A DNA stretch of 64,000 nt. It comes from Camelus ferus. Taxonomy: Eukaryota. This document shows, piece after piece, positions 1 to 11,538 of the stretch (positions within the stretch are counted from its first letter, which is position 1; the number at the start of each line of letters is the position of its first letter). The notes beneath the pieces are model-generated. The model was not told the origin of the DNA. It did no database searches and saw only the letters and a list, made by a program, of their open reading frames with translations. The position numbers and the translations under genes are program-made. The DNA lies in contig NC_045721.1 in assembly GCF_009834535.1 (NCBI RefSeq), positions 6,758,001 to 6,822,000 of the forward strand, read 5' to 3'.

Positions 1-599
1 GGGTGGCTTGGGCTGCCTCTTTTTGTCAATAGTGATTGACAGGTTTCTTCAGCTACAATAATGGGGAAAACATCTTCCCTTTGGCCTCCCTGCAAAGGCC
101 ACTGAGACTTGCTGGCATTCATATATTTTAAATTACTCATCCTAAGGGAATTTTAATTTTGCTGGAGAGGCAGGGAAGAGAGAGAAGTTCTGGAAAGGTA
201 GTCCCAGAGAGAATAACTTTGAACCTTTAACCTTCACTGAACTAGAAGGAGGGATCTTGGCTTGAACTTGGGAAAAAATCTCAGGGGCAGAAATGAATAA
301 TTTTGCTGTTTTTGCCATGCGGCCTTATATAAATAATGGAATCTCAATGAACTATTTTTGTAACACCAGATAGAAGAGGGATCCTGATCAAATAATTTCA
401 ATTTAATACACATGAACTTGGAGTTGCTTCCATGAAAGACACTGAATATCGTACTAGGGGCGTAAAGAAGAAGTTACCAGAAGTCTTCATCTTATGAGCC
501 CAACAGGGAAACAATGAGCCTTAGCAAAAGGCATTGCAGGGTATGTTGCCCACATCAGAGAATGGGAGCCCTAAGTCCCGTTGAACTGGGCTGTGAGGA

Positions 600-725
600 T
601 CCATCAAACTCAGGGGTCATCCTTGACCCCTAAGGGGGGTTCGCCACATGCTAACATTGCCCACCACTGGGCTCTCACTGTTCTACCAAAACCATCCAGG
701 CTGTCATCATCTTGGTACGTAGTAG
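600..725 (+). mobile_element. Possible very old L2-like LINE fragment
   Basis: aactcaggggtcatccttgac and accatccaggctgtcatcatct resemble the L2 ORF2 3' region (LGVILD ... VQATIIS); highly degenerate. Confidence 0.3.
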
Positions 726-1070
726 ATTCAGATATGAATGTTTTCTGTTGCTGCTGTGGCAAGAAGGTTGTTCAGTTTCCAGGGATGCCCAGTTCAGAGC
801 TGGGAGTCCCTGATACACTTCCCCCTCCTACTTCTTAATATCTCAGTAAGTGTGGAGGTTCTTTGAGAGTTATGTTTTCAGAAAGAGAGTGGTAACCTGC
901 CAAGCAGGATCTGATATCTACATTGTTGGATTAGCTCAGCTATACCTAAAATGGATTTTTGCCACCCCTTTGAAACATTGTTAGTATAAACCTTTTCTGA
1001 GACAGTGAGTTGAGATTCGATGGCATAGTGTTGTAAAATGTGACTGGATTGTGGTATCAGGAGCTTAGGG

Positions 1071-1307
1071 CAGTGGCATACCAGTCCCCCCCAGTGAGGG
1101 GAACTTGGGAGAAGCAGCTCACCCCTGGGGGAGATGTATTTGTACCAAAATTGCCACTTCATGGTAGTAATTAAAAAGTGGACTGATTTTTAATTGGTTT
1201 TATAATTGTTTATAATTTCTCTTTGGACCCTACACAATTCCTTGTTGCCTGCATCTGGGGCAGGGGGGCAGAGCATCCCAATTGCCCCACCTTCTCTTAC
1301 ATCATTG
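1071..1307 (-). mobile_element. hAT-Tip100 MITE (Arthur1-like)
   Basis: Ends cagtggcatacc ... tacatcattg form a degenerate TIR. Reverse complement gcaggcaacaagg...aaacaattataaaaccaattaaaaatcagtccactttt resembles Arthur1. Partial 8-bp TSD gcttaggg/gcttggtt. Confidence 0.6.
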
Positions 1308-3043
1308 GCTTGGTTTCCATTTTTTGTGATGCCATAATCTTGGACATGTGAATGCCTGAGTCTTTTTCCTCACTTAAAACATTTAGAAACTTGCAGGTTT
1401 AATATTCTTTGGTTTATAATAACTTACATATAAGTTAAGCTGGGAACCTTGACATCATCTGAATTTCTGTAACGAGGGCACCTGTATTCTCTAAGCCCAG
1501 ATATCATTCTCTCTCACCTTTGAGGTCTGTACATTATAGCATTTCAGTAGTAAACATTTACTGAAAATAGAAACTAGGAAGAAACACACACCATTTTCCT
1601 TCTAATCCTCTACCAATTCTTCACATTCCCAAGCTTTTGAAATAGGGTCAACAGGGGGCTATTTTCAGATCACATAATTCTGCTAACCAAGAAAATGCTA
1701 TCTTGGCTCTTAGTAATCTATGAACTCCTGAAGTTTCCAAGAGTCATTGCATGCTTAAGAGGTGAAAAATATCTTTCCTAAATTGGATTAGATATAGTAA
1801 TGTGTAGATAAATATGTATATAATATTTTAATTAGGGGAATAGACACTGTTTTTTTTCATTACATCTTCCATTCATGTTGCTCTGAATTTAGAGCACAGA
1901 GGAAGTTGTTAAATTACATTTAATAATAGAACAGGGCATTTAATGTATATTAATTAAATGTCAGCAGATGGTAAAGGGAGTCCTTGCTGAGTATGAATAA
2001 GGAGAGAGAGAGTTCTAACTGCCATGTAATTAAGCTGAATCTGCGGAAACAATGGAGGTGTGATTACTTTTTTATTAACACATTATACTTATATGTGATG
2101 TGGAAGAATTTAATTACTCTGTAACTCCTATTATGGTAAGCCAAGTCACACTCGCAGTGAGTTGGTCTCTGTTCCCAGTAAACACGATGGGGCAGCCTGT
2201 GTCACGTTATTTCCAAGCATTCTGATTGTCATGTTGTGCAAGTCGAGAGTTGGTCGCCGTGTGTCTCCATATTTGGGTGTGTTCAGTACCACAAGGCAGC
2301 CAACCTGTCACGTCGGTTTCCTGCTACATGTTAGTGGGTGACTAAAACTTCGAAGAAGTGTAGAAACAGAGGTGAGCTTATTTTTCCTGCTGAGGAATGT
2401 CTTGGACCTATCACAGTTGATAATCAGATTTTACTCAATTTAGGGAAGACATTAGGAAAGAAGAAAACAAATCAGTTTCTGCCTCGAGGTTGGTAAACAA
2501 GTTAGTTGCCTTGAATTGCAGGCAAGCTCACTCTCTTGAGGGTGTATTTGCTTTTTATGATTACTTATTTGTTTGAATGCAGGTATATTTATTAAAGTGC
2601 AATTGTTACTTTCTCATATATATATATACACACACACTTGAATTTCATAACAATGAGAGACTTTAGCCTTTTCTTTGGTGGTGGTGGTCTCGTTTCCACC
2701 AGTGTTTTCATGGAATTCAAAGCAAGTTGAAGATCTTAGTTAAAGGAACAAATGATAGATAGATCTTCATATTGTTACTATGAGTAGGGCCCTTGATTGA
2801 CCTAGACCTTCCCTAGTCTGATTATGGGCACATGAACATGGGGGGCAATGTAGAAGTAGCCAGTTATTTGGTGGTTCTCAATATGATGAATGCTAATGAG
2901 AAAGGATTTGTGAAAAAATGCCAACCTTTGATTATTTGCTTCCAGTGGGGAAAACAGGCAATTCTTTACCTGCCCCAGTTTTCTAGCTAGGAAGGTAAAA
3001 GGATTAGCAAACAGACCAACAAGCCATAAAAAGAAGTATTGTT

Positions 3044-3511
3044 GGAATACTACTCAGCCATAAAAAAGAATAAAGTAATGCCATTTGCTGTAACATGGAT
3101 GGACCCTGAAGATTGTCATTCTAAGTGAAGTAAGCCAGAAAGAGAAAGAAAAATACCATGTGATATCACTTATATGTGTAATTAAAAAAAAAAAGACAAG
3201 TGAACTTATTTACAAAACAAACAGCCTCACAGACATAGAAAACAAATTTATGGTTGGTGGGTGGGTGGAGGGATAAATTGGGAGTTTGGGATTAGTATCT
3301 ACTACTATATATAAAATAGATAAACAATAAGGTCCTACTGTACAGCACAGGGAATGATACTGAATACCTTGCAATAGCCTATAATAAAAAGAATATGAAA
3401 AGGAATATATATATATATAAAAATATAACTGAATCACTATACTGAACACCAGAAATAAACAGAACATTATAAACTGACTATACTTAAATAAAAAAAAAAA
3501 ATAAAGACAAA
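3044..3511 (+). mobile_element. 5'-truncated cetartiodactyl/camelid L1 3' end with poly(A) and TSD
   Basis: ggaatactactcagccataaaaaagaat...atggatggacc...gggagtttgggattag...A-tail. TSD aaaagaagtattgtt (3029-3043) / aaaagaagcattgtt (3512-3526). Confidence 0.92.
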
Positions 3512-4399
3512 AAAAGAAGCATTGTTAATTATCACTCCAGAGCAACTTCAGTGTTTTTCCCCCTTTGTTATGGTGGGACTTGATGTCTAATTTGTTCTCT
3601 GTCCCCTTCTCAGTGTCATAGTCATAAACACCAACATCAGGTGTCACTGGCTGTGAGCTCTTAATTCAAATGTGCCCAAAGCCAGGAATGATCTTAGCCC
3701 TAGTGAAAAACTGGGGTGACTCAATTCATTCTCAAGCGAAGCTTAGTTCTGATCTCCTCTTTCCTTTTACAGTAACATTTAAATACCAGATCTTCCAATA
3801 TGGATTTTGGACCGGTTCCTCATCTTACACTCCAATTCCTATAACTGGATCTCCATTTCTCCTGGCTCCTGAATTGCTAATTTCCATCAGACCCTAAAAA
3901 GCTCATCAGGTTTAACCAGTTGGATCCCTTGTGAGAACTGCCAGGAATGACGTTTAGGGTTGCTCTCTGCTTTTGGTAACATAGTTCGGGTGTTGTGTTA
4001 GATGTGCAAACTTCTTTCCCTTTGAATTTATTGCTTTCCTCCTATGGTTCTGTGGTAAGATTTATAGCTAGAAATGCCTTCTCCAAAAGCAGGATTTGAA
4101 ATGGCGACTAGTGAATCTAAAAGTGCCCACGATAGTTCTAAAGAAAACCTCTTTCTAAAAATAAAGTTAGGAAATCAGCCCTCAACTATTAAATTATAAG
4201 ATCCAATTAATAATTCATTTTTATTATACAGATAATTCCTTTGGGTCATTTAAAATGCATATGGCAGTGCAGTAGGGGCCAAGCCAACATAAATTCATTT
4301 TATCAACTCAGTCTTGTTCTTTTTCTGAGATAAATGTAGGCAACCTTACACTGGAGAAGAAGAAAAACGCAAGATTTCAGACTAAAAAAAAAAAATATG

Positions 4400-4403
<4 letters not shown>

Positions 4404-4437
<34 letters not shown>
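4404..4437. repeat. (TA)n microsatellite
   Basis: Direct reading. Confidence 0.95.
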
Positions 4438-4441
<4 letters not shown>

Positions 4442-4850
4442 ATTCCTAACAATAAAGAAATCTACCATGGGCTTCAAAACTCCAAATAATACAGGAAGCT
4501 TTCACATTTAGAAATAAGAAATATCATCTAGGAACACAAATCCCCAAAATGGGAACCCTTTTGATCCTAAGAGATTTCTTCTATCATTTCAATCCTGAGG
4601 CCTTGTGGGGTTTGAAATAATTTATTTCATAATCATTTGTGATCCCTCCCCGAACCCTAGTTATAACTGGGCTTCATCTACTGACGTCAGGAAAGTCAAA
4701 GGGCTAACTATTATTCAGCACCTAACCGCATAGCAAGCATGTTGTGGCTCTTCTGCATAATCATTCCTGTAACTATTACATGCCAGATACTGCAATAAAG
4801 CAGGAAACACGTGTTTCTTTGGATTGATTGATGGACAGGTTGCCTTCTTC

Positions 4851-4950
4851 CTCTAGAATGTAAGCTCCCTGAGAATGAGGACTTCACTGTGGTAGATCTT
4901 ACCTCTAGAACATTGCCTCTCACCTCATAGTCACTCAATACATACTTACA
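4851..4950 (+). mobile_element. L2 3' end fragment
   Basis: ctagaatgtaagctccctgagaatgaggac...tagtcactcaatacatactt matches the L2 3' terminus. Confidence 0.65.
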
Positions 4951-5119
4951 GAATAAAGGAGGATTGAAAGGATTATTCTAACGATTATAACTGCTTATAT
5001 TCATTCTGAATGTCCCCAACTAGTTTTGAATAGTCCAGACAGATTCCGTCAGGATCAGAGAATAGCCAAGATGTGAAGTCCAATTTTCACACTGTCCCAC
5101 CAACTCAAGTAACTTCTGG

Positions 5120-5232
5120 AAACTGACTAGACTGTGAAGTCCTTGGAGGAAGGGTTATCTCTTTGTTGTTGTTTTACCTCCAGGACCAAACTGGGGCATG
5201 ACCCATCTCAGGCACTTAATAAATGTTAATAA
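5120..5232 (+). mobile_element. L2 3' end fragment
   Basis: actagactgtgaagtccttggag...aggcacttaataaatgtt. Confidence 0.55.
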
Positions 5233-5789
5233 ACTAAAATTTGAGGAGCACAGGGTGCAATTACTTTGAAATCAACACTGTTGAGTTTGTGCAAGATTCA
5301 TACACTTTAAATTCTTATTTAAATATGATAATGTATCAGAATTACTCCAACAGCCTACCTACAACAGATTATCAAACTACTTTTCACCATTACCTTTTCT
5401 AGTCTAAAAAATTGTATTAGCCGTAAAGATCTTATCTTTTACAATTTCAGTTGTCACAAACAACATAGGAATTTGGTGCAAAGAGAGGCTTTGTGACTCT
5501 TACAGGATAAAGTGAGAGATTAAGATTAGTACAAACAGAATACATGAACTTTAAAAACAATACTGTAATTTTAGTATGGTAAAGTTGAGGATTTTCTTCT
5601 AAATTAATAGTACAGTCATGTCTGTCTTTTACATAATTCTCTGGGGAAAATTTTGTTCATGTGCAAATTTACTGATGGTCTTTAAAGAAATGATGACAGA
5701 AAAAGTATCTAGCCATAAGCAATTAGCTAATTAACGAAATCAGAGTTACTGTACTAATACACTTAATATTACCGATCCTTCTAGCATTT

Positions 5790-6030
5790 TCTGAGTACTT
5801 CACCAAATGTCAAGTGCTCTGTTACGAGCTTTAGATGTAATGTTCATTTAATCCTTAAGCAGCCTTATGATACGGACATTATCTCTATTATAGTGTAGAC
5901 AAATTATATATTATTATAGAGAAAGGAATTAAGATTTCGATACATTAGTTTTCTCAAGATCACCGAATTAGTGCTTTGTTCATAGGGTTCAACCTAGGTC
6001 CTTCTGATCCCAAAGTCTAGGTTACTAGTC
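5790..6030 (-). mobile_element. MIR SINE
   Basis: catttaatccttaagcagccttatga...ctcaagatcacc...gggttcaacctaggtc, the antisense MIR core. Confidence 0.65.
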
Positions 6031-6074
6031 TCCTGTTTCCTAAGCTCCAGTTGGTCACATGGCTGGGGAGTGCA

Positions 6075-6355
6075 TTCTATTTTTTCGTCAAAATACATGC
6101 AACTTAATTGCAAAAGATTATTTACAGCATACTCTTCTTTATTTAAGAAAGAAAGATATATAAGCAACTATGCATGTATCTGCTAATTTATATAAATGAA
6201 ATGAAGGATGAATATACCAGAAACTTATGAGACTAGTTACCTAACAGGAGTTGGGGGGAGGAAAGGAGGATGGGAACAAGATAGAAGGGATGAGAAGAAA
6301 ATCAAACATGCTTAACTATACTTTATGGTACAGCTCGGGAAAAGTTTTACCTACT
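6075..6355 (+). mobile_element. Old L1 (L1MC-like) 3' region, segment 1
   Basis: Purine-rich L1MC/L1ME-type 3' UTR sequence, interrupted by the MER21 LTR. Confidence 0.5.
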
Positions 6356-7146
6356 TATGATTTATAATAAGACATATATTTGGTCTTCATTCAGTTTCTG
6401 GCATAGAGCTGTGGAAAAACCATTGGATTTTCCTAAGTGGTGAGAGCAATTAAATTGTCTTTTGTTATGTTAATGAGGGGACTTGGAAAGTGCCTCAGGC
6501 TAGGGGCTGGTTGCCAGGAGAACCAACCCTGTGATTAGAAGGTTGGAACTTTCAGTCCTGTCTCCCACCCCACTCCTGGGGAGGAAAGAGAAACTAGTTG
6601 AATTTTTTGACAATGGCCGATGATTTAATCAATCATACTTATGTAATGCGACTTGCACAGAACCCCAAAGGTTTGAAAAGCTTCTGGATTGGTGACCACT
6701 CAGAGATTTGGGAAGGGTGGTGCTCTCAGAGAGGGGGAGGAAACTCTGCACTCTTTTCCTTATGCCTTACTTAAGCTGTGTATCCTTCATCTGAATCTTG
6801 ATTTCCATCCTTTGCAATAAATTGCTAATCTAGGGAGTAAATGGGTTTCCTGAGCTCTGTGAGCCACTCAAACAAAGTAATTGAACCTAAAGAGGAGGTC
6901 CTGGTAACCTCTGATTTACAGCCAGTTGGTCAGAAGTACAAACAACCTAGAGTTGACAGTGGCATCTGAACTGTGCTGGTGATAATCTTGTAGGACTACC
7001 TGTGGGATCTGATGCTACTTCCAGGTAGATAGTGTCAGAATTGAGTTAAATTGTAGGACACCGAGCTGGTGTCCAAGAATTACTTTTTGGATCTGGGAGG
7101 GGGTCCTCCCCCTCACTATTGCCACATGAGGATTTAGTGATTAGAA
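6356..7146 (+). mobile_element. MER21 (B/C-like) solo LTR
   Basis: tatgatttataataagacatatatttggtcttc...gtgattagaaggttggaactttcagtcc...aatggccgatgatttaatcaatcat...ccaggtagatagtgtcagaattgag...taggacacc match the MER21 consensus. Confidence 0.88.
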
Positions 7147-7189
7147 CCCCTTCCTCCATCAATAAATGAATAATTGAAACCAACCAAGA

Positions 7190-7561
7190 TACTGGGGAGA
7201 TCACACATGGAATTCAAACTGTAACAAGTGACCTTGGCTACATTATGCTTGAATAATTGAATAAAATAATCCCATTGAAGGGCATCAGAAAGTGAAGAAC
7301 TGACCTAGATAACTCTGGAAAAAAAGACTTTCTTATATGCTGTAAGGATTACAACAAAAAGAACGGTACACTGACATGGCATTCTTGTTAGTAAATTTGA
7401 TTTTCATGTGGATAAAGCTAGTAACTCTAAAACTAATTTATGTACATATTAGGCTTAAGAAGATAAGTGAATATGTAGTAGATAATGAAAGCCACATTTC
7501 TCAGTGTTGGAAAAAGAAGTTGCAGATAAGAAAGTGGACAAGGCTATATCTATGTGTATAT
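7190..7561 (+). mobile_element. L1MC (MC3/MC4-like) 3' end, segment 2
   Basis: gttggaaaaagaagttgcagataagaaagtggacaaggcta matches the L1MC 3' end; interrupted by Tigger1. Confidence 0.65.
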
Positions 7562-9801
7562 GAAATAGACCTCACTTATTGCATTTTTACTGCATTTTGC
7601 AGATACTGCAATTTTTTTTAAACAAATTGAGGGTTACCTACTTATGATTACTTATGTAATCACTTATCAATTACTTACCTACTTATGGCAGTCCTGCATC
7701 AAGTATGTGGTGCCATTTTTTCCCCCAGCGGCATTTGCTCACTTTGTGTCTTTGTATCACATTTTGGTAATTTAACAATATTTCAAATATTTTGATTCTG
7801 TATTTGTTATGGTGATCTGTGATCAGTGATCTTGGATGTTACTGTTGTAATAGTTTTGGGGTGCCATGAACCACACCCATTTAAGATTATGAACTTAATT
7901 GGTAAATGTTGTATGTGTTCTGACTGCTCCATTGGCTGGCCTTTCCCCCATCACTTTCCCTCTCCTTGAGCCTNNNNNNNNNNNNNNNNNNNNNNNNNNN
8001 NNNNNNNNNNNNNNNNNNNNNNNNNNNNNNNNNNNNNNNNNNNNNNNNNNNNNNNNNNNNNNNNNNNNNNNNNNNNNNNNNNNNNNNNNNNNNNNNNNNN
8101 NNNNNNNNNNNNNNNNNNNNNNNNNNNNNNNNNNNNNNNNNNNNNNNNNNNNNNNNNNNNNNNNNNNAAGCTGTAAATGCACAGAAAAAGTTATTGAAGG
8201 AAATTGAAAGTGCTCCTCCAGTGAACNNNNNNNNNNNNNNNNNNNNNNNNNNNNNNNNNNNNNNNNNNNNNNNNNNNNNNNNNNNNNNNNNNNNNNNNNN
8301 NNNNNNNNNNNNNNNNNNNNNNNNNNNNNNNNNNNNNNNNNNNNNNNNNNNNNNNNNNNNNNNNNNNNNAAGTGTGAGACAGGTGAGGAAGCTTCTGAAG
8401 AAGTTTGAAGCTAGCAGATACGGGTGTATGAGGTTTAAGGAAAGAAGCTGCCTCCATAACATCAAGATGCAAGATGAGGCAGCAAGTGCTGATATGGAAG
8501 TTGCAGCAAATTATCCAGAAGATCGAGCTAAGATAATTCACTGGACAACAGCTTTTCAATGTAGACAAAATCGCCCTATATTGGAAGATGCCATCTAGGA
8601 CTTTTGTAGCTAGAGAGGAGAATTCAATGTCTAGCTTCAAAGCTACAAAAAACAGGCAGAATCAATCTCTTGTTACGAACTACTGCAGCTAGTGGCTTTA
8701 ATTTGAAGCTAGTACTCATTCACCATTTGGGAAATCCCTAGGGCCTTTAAGAATGATGCTAAGTCTACTCGCCTATTCTCCGTAAGTGGAATAACAAAGC
8801 TTGGGTGACAGCACATAGTGTACTAAATATTTTAAGCCCATTGTGAAAACCTACTGCTCAGGAAAAAAAATTACTTTCAAAATATTTCTGCTCATTGACA
8901 ATACACCTGGTCACCCAAGAGCTCTGATGGAGACATATAAGGAGATGAATGTTGTTCTTCATGCCTGCTGGCCCAACATCCATTCTGCAGCCCATTGATC
9001 AAGGAGTAATTTTGACTTTCGAGTCTTATTATTTAAGATAAACATTTCATAAGGCTATAGTTGCCGTGGACAGCGACCACTGATGATTCTGGGCAAACTC
9101 AATTGAAAACCTTCCGGAAGTGATTCACCATTCTAGATGCCATTAAGAAAATTTGTGTTTCATGGNNNNNNNNNNNNNNNNNNNNNNNNNNNNNNNNNNN
9201 NNNNNNNNNNNNNNNNNNNNNNNNNNNNNNNNNNNNNNNNNNNNNNNNNNNNNNNNNNNNNNNNNNNNNNNNNNNNNNNNNNNNNNNNNNNNNNNNNNNN
9301 TTAGAAANNNNNNNNNNNNNNNNNNNNNNNNNNNNNNNNNNNNNNNNNNNNNNNNNNNNNNNNNNNNNNNNNNNNNNNNNNNNNNNNNNNNNNNNNNNNN
9401 NNNNNNNNNNNNNNNNNNNNNNNNNNNNNNNNNNNNNNNNNNNNNNNNNNACAAAAAAGGATTTAGAATATTCTATCAACTTAGCTGTTTAAACAGCAGC
9501 AGGGTTTGAGAGGATAGACTCCAATTTTGAAAGTTTTACTGTGGGTAAAATACTACCAAATAGTAGTGCATACCACAGAGAAATCATTCATGAAAGAAAC
9601 AGCCAATCAATGGGGCACACTTCNNNNNNNNNNNNNNNNNNNNNNNNNNNNNNNNNNNNNNNNNNNNNNNNNNNNNNNNNNNNNNNNNNNNNNNNNNNNN
9701 NNNNNNNNNNNNNNNNNNNNNNNNNNNNNNNNNNNNNNNNNNNNNNNNNNNNNNNNNNNNNNNNNNNNNNNNNNNNNNNNNNNNNNNNNNNNNNATTAAG
9801 G
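7562..9801 (+). mobile_element. Tigger1 (TcMar/pogo) DNA transposon, near full length, inactive, right TIR missing
   Basis: Collinear with Tigger1 from the left end (gacctcacttattgc...gcagatactgc) to attaagg. Transposase remnants include [36 protein letters not shown] and [10 protein letters not shown]. Frameshifts are present, e.g. a deletion after aagataatt near 8540. Confidence 0.96.
7974..9794. other. Five N-runs (7974-8167, 8227-8369, 9166-9300, 9308-9450, 9624-9794)
   Basis: 194, 143, 135, 143 and 171 N; all lie inside Tigger1. Confidence 0.97.
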
Positions 9802-10745
9802 AGCCAGCTGAAGTATTCCTCAATGGCCAAATGTGTGATAACTTCAACAACAACAAAATATGACACTGATATATTATAATGCAAGGAATAAAATGAATAT
9901 TCATGAGACCATACTGATATAAATAAATAATTGAATAAGAAAATAAATTAGGGAGAAGGGAAAGCTGCTTCTTGTGGAAGAATTCCAGTTAAACAGTGCA
10001 GAACAATGATGGAAATAAAAAAAGATTTCTAGGAGAACACTTCAGTAAAAACAGCTGCAGACAAGAATCACTGATGGATGCTACAATTAGTAGACAAAAA
10101 TATGAGGAAAAAAGACATTTGCATAATCCTAAAGTATCTCCCCATAAGCCACTTAGAACTTACAAAGGGAAAACGGTAACTGTAAAGAGGAGATACCTAG
10201 CAGATACTACCTTTACAGGTGATCAAGATTAACGTCACCCATAATAAGACATATCAACTTCATATGTCCCTTATTACAAAGCCCTGAGAAGGACACAACA
10301 TCATTTCTGTGATGTTCTTGCCAAACATGTATGACCTTATTAATCAAATCCTTAGAAAACATCAGAGAAATATAAATTTTAAAATATATAAGACAACTAA
10401 CCCATATTTATTAAATGCATCAGGTACCCAAAAGATAAATGCGTCAAGTACCTCAGACTGTCACAGTTTGGAGAAAAACACAATAGTTAAATACAATATG
10501 GAATCCTGAATAGGACTATAAAATAAACATTAGTTGAAAAATTGGTGAAACTAGAATAGAGTCTGTAGATTATTTACTAGTATCCCATACATCCCAATGG
10601 TGATTTTCTGGATTCAATAATTTTTCTATGGTTTTATATGATGTGGACATTAGGAAACCTGGGTGAAGAGCATACAGAAAGTTTGTGTCCTGTTTTTGCA
10701 ATTTCCACAAGTCTAGTTTTTTGAAAATGGAGTTTAAAAATACAA
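9802..10745 (+). mobile_element. L1MC (MC3/MC4-like) 3' end, segment 3
   Basis: aataaaatgaatattcatgag...cttcttgtggaagaattcc...aggtgatcaagattaacgtcacc...tatggaatcctgaatagg...gatgtggacattaggaaacctgggtgaag...aaaa. Confidence 0.85.
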
Positions 10746-10847
10746 AAACATTTGAAAGTAATTCCACGAAAACAAGATGAGAGAGGCCAGTTTATATGAA
10801 ATCCATTCATCCCCAAGAAGAGAAAGGACATGCATTCTGTTGAGCCC

Positions 10848-11240
10848 TGTATCCATCTGCTTAAACTGTCATAAAGAATGTCACAAACTGGGTGGCTTAA
10901 ACAACAGAAATTTATTTCACGAAGTTCTGGAGGCTTGAAGTCCAAGATCAGATTGCCACCAGGGCTGATCTCTTGTGGGACCTATCTTCCTGGCTTGCAG
11001 ATGGCTGCCTTCTGACTGTATCTCACTTGGCCTTTCTTCTGGGCATGCTGGGAGAGTGAGAAATCTCTGGTATCTCTTCCTATTCTTATAAGGACACTAC
11101 ACTTAATGGATTAGGGCCCCACACTATGATCTCATTTACCTTAATTCCTTAAAGATTCTATCTCCAAAATCATAATGGGGGAGGGTATAGCTTGGGCTTC
11201 AACATGTACATTTTGGGGCAACACAATTCAGTTCATAACA
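10848..11240 (-). mobile_element. MLT1A/MLT1A0 MaLR solo LTR
   Basis: cacaaactgggtggcttaaacaacagaaatttatt...tggaggc...gtccaagatca...tggcttgcagatggctgccttct...acacaattcagttcataaca. Confidence 0.9.
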
Positions 11241-11491
11241 AGGACCAACAAGGTTCATTATCTTCATATGTTAAAAATGACAGTGCATATATTGGTGGAC
11301 ATTTTCTATAGATGAAGGGCGACAACAAGGGGGAAATTAGAAGACAGAGGAGAGACTAATTCAGTGTAAGATGAGGTGGTGGAAAAAAGCTTGTCTTTTA
11401 GATGAATACTTAGAGGATAAGCTTGATGGGGTAGTACCCACAATTTGATTCTCACATAAATCATACGGTTAGTGACACAAGAGACTACATG

Positions 11492-11493
<2 letters not shown>

Positions 11494-11533
<40 letters not shown>

Positions 11534-11538
11534 GTGTA
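11494..11538. repeat. (GT)n microsatellite
   Basis: Direct reading. Confidence 0.95.

Noticed and set aside
1-1070. Possible endogenous viral element or pseudogene in the first kb
   Set aside because: The frames translated have stop densities near random (e.g. 10 stops in 280 codons). Only a weak L2-like patch was found.
4681-4690. Perfect CRE palindrome CTGACGTCAG
   Set aside because: A single 8-10 bp motif without promoter context; about one is expected by chance in a window this size.
7887-9904. Long X-filled ORFs in the ORF track
   Set aside because: They are artefacts of N-runs suppressing stops. The real bases are a frameshifted Tigger1 transposase, not a domesticated TIGD gene.
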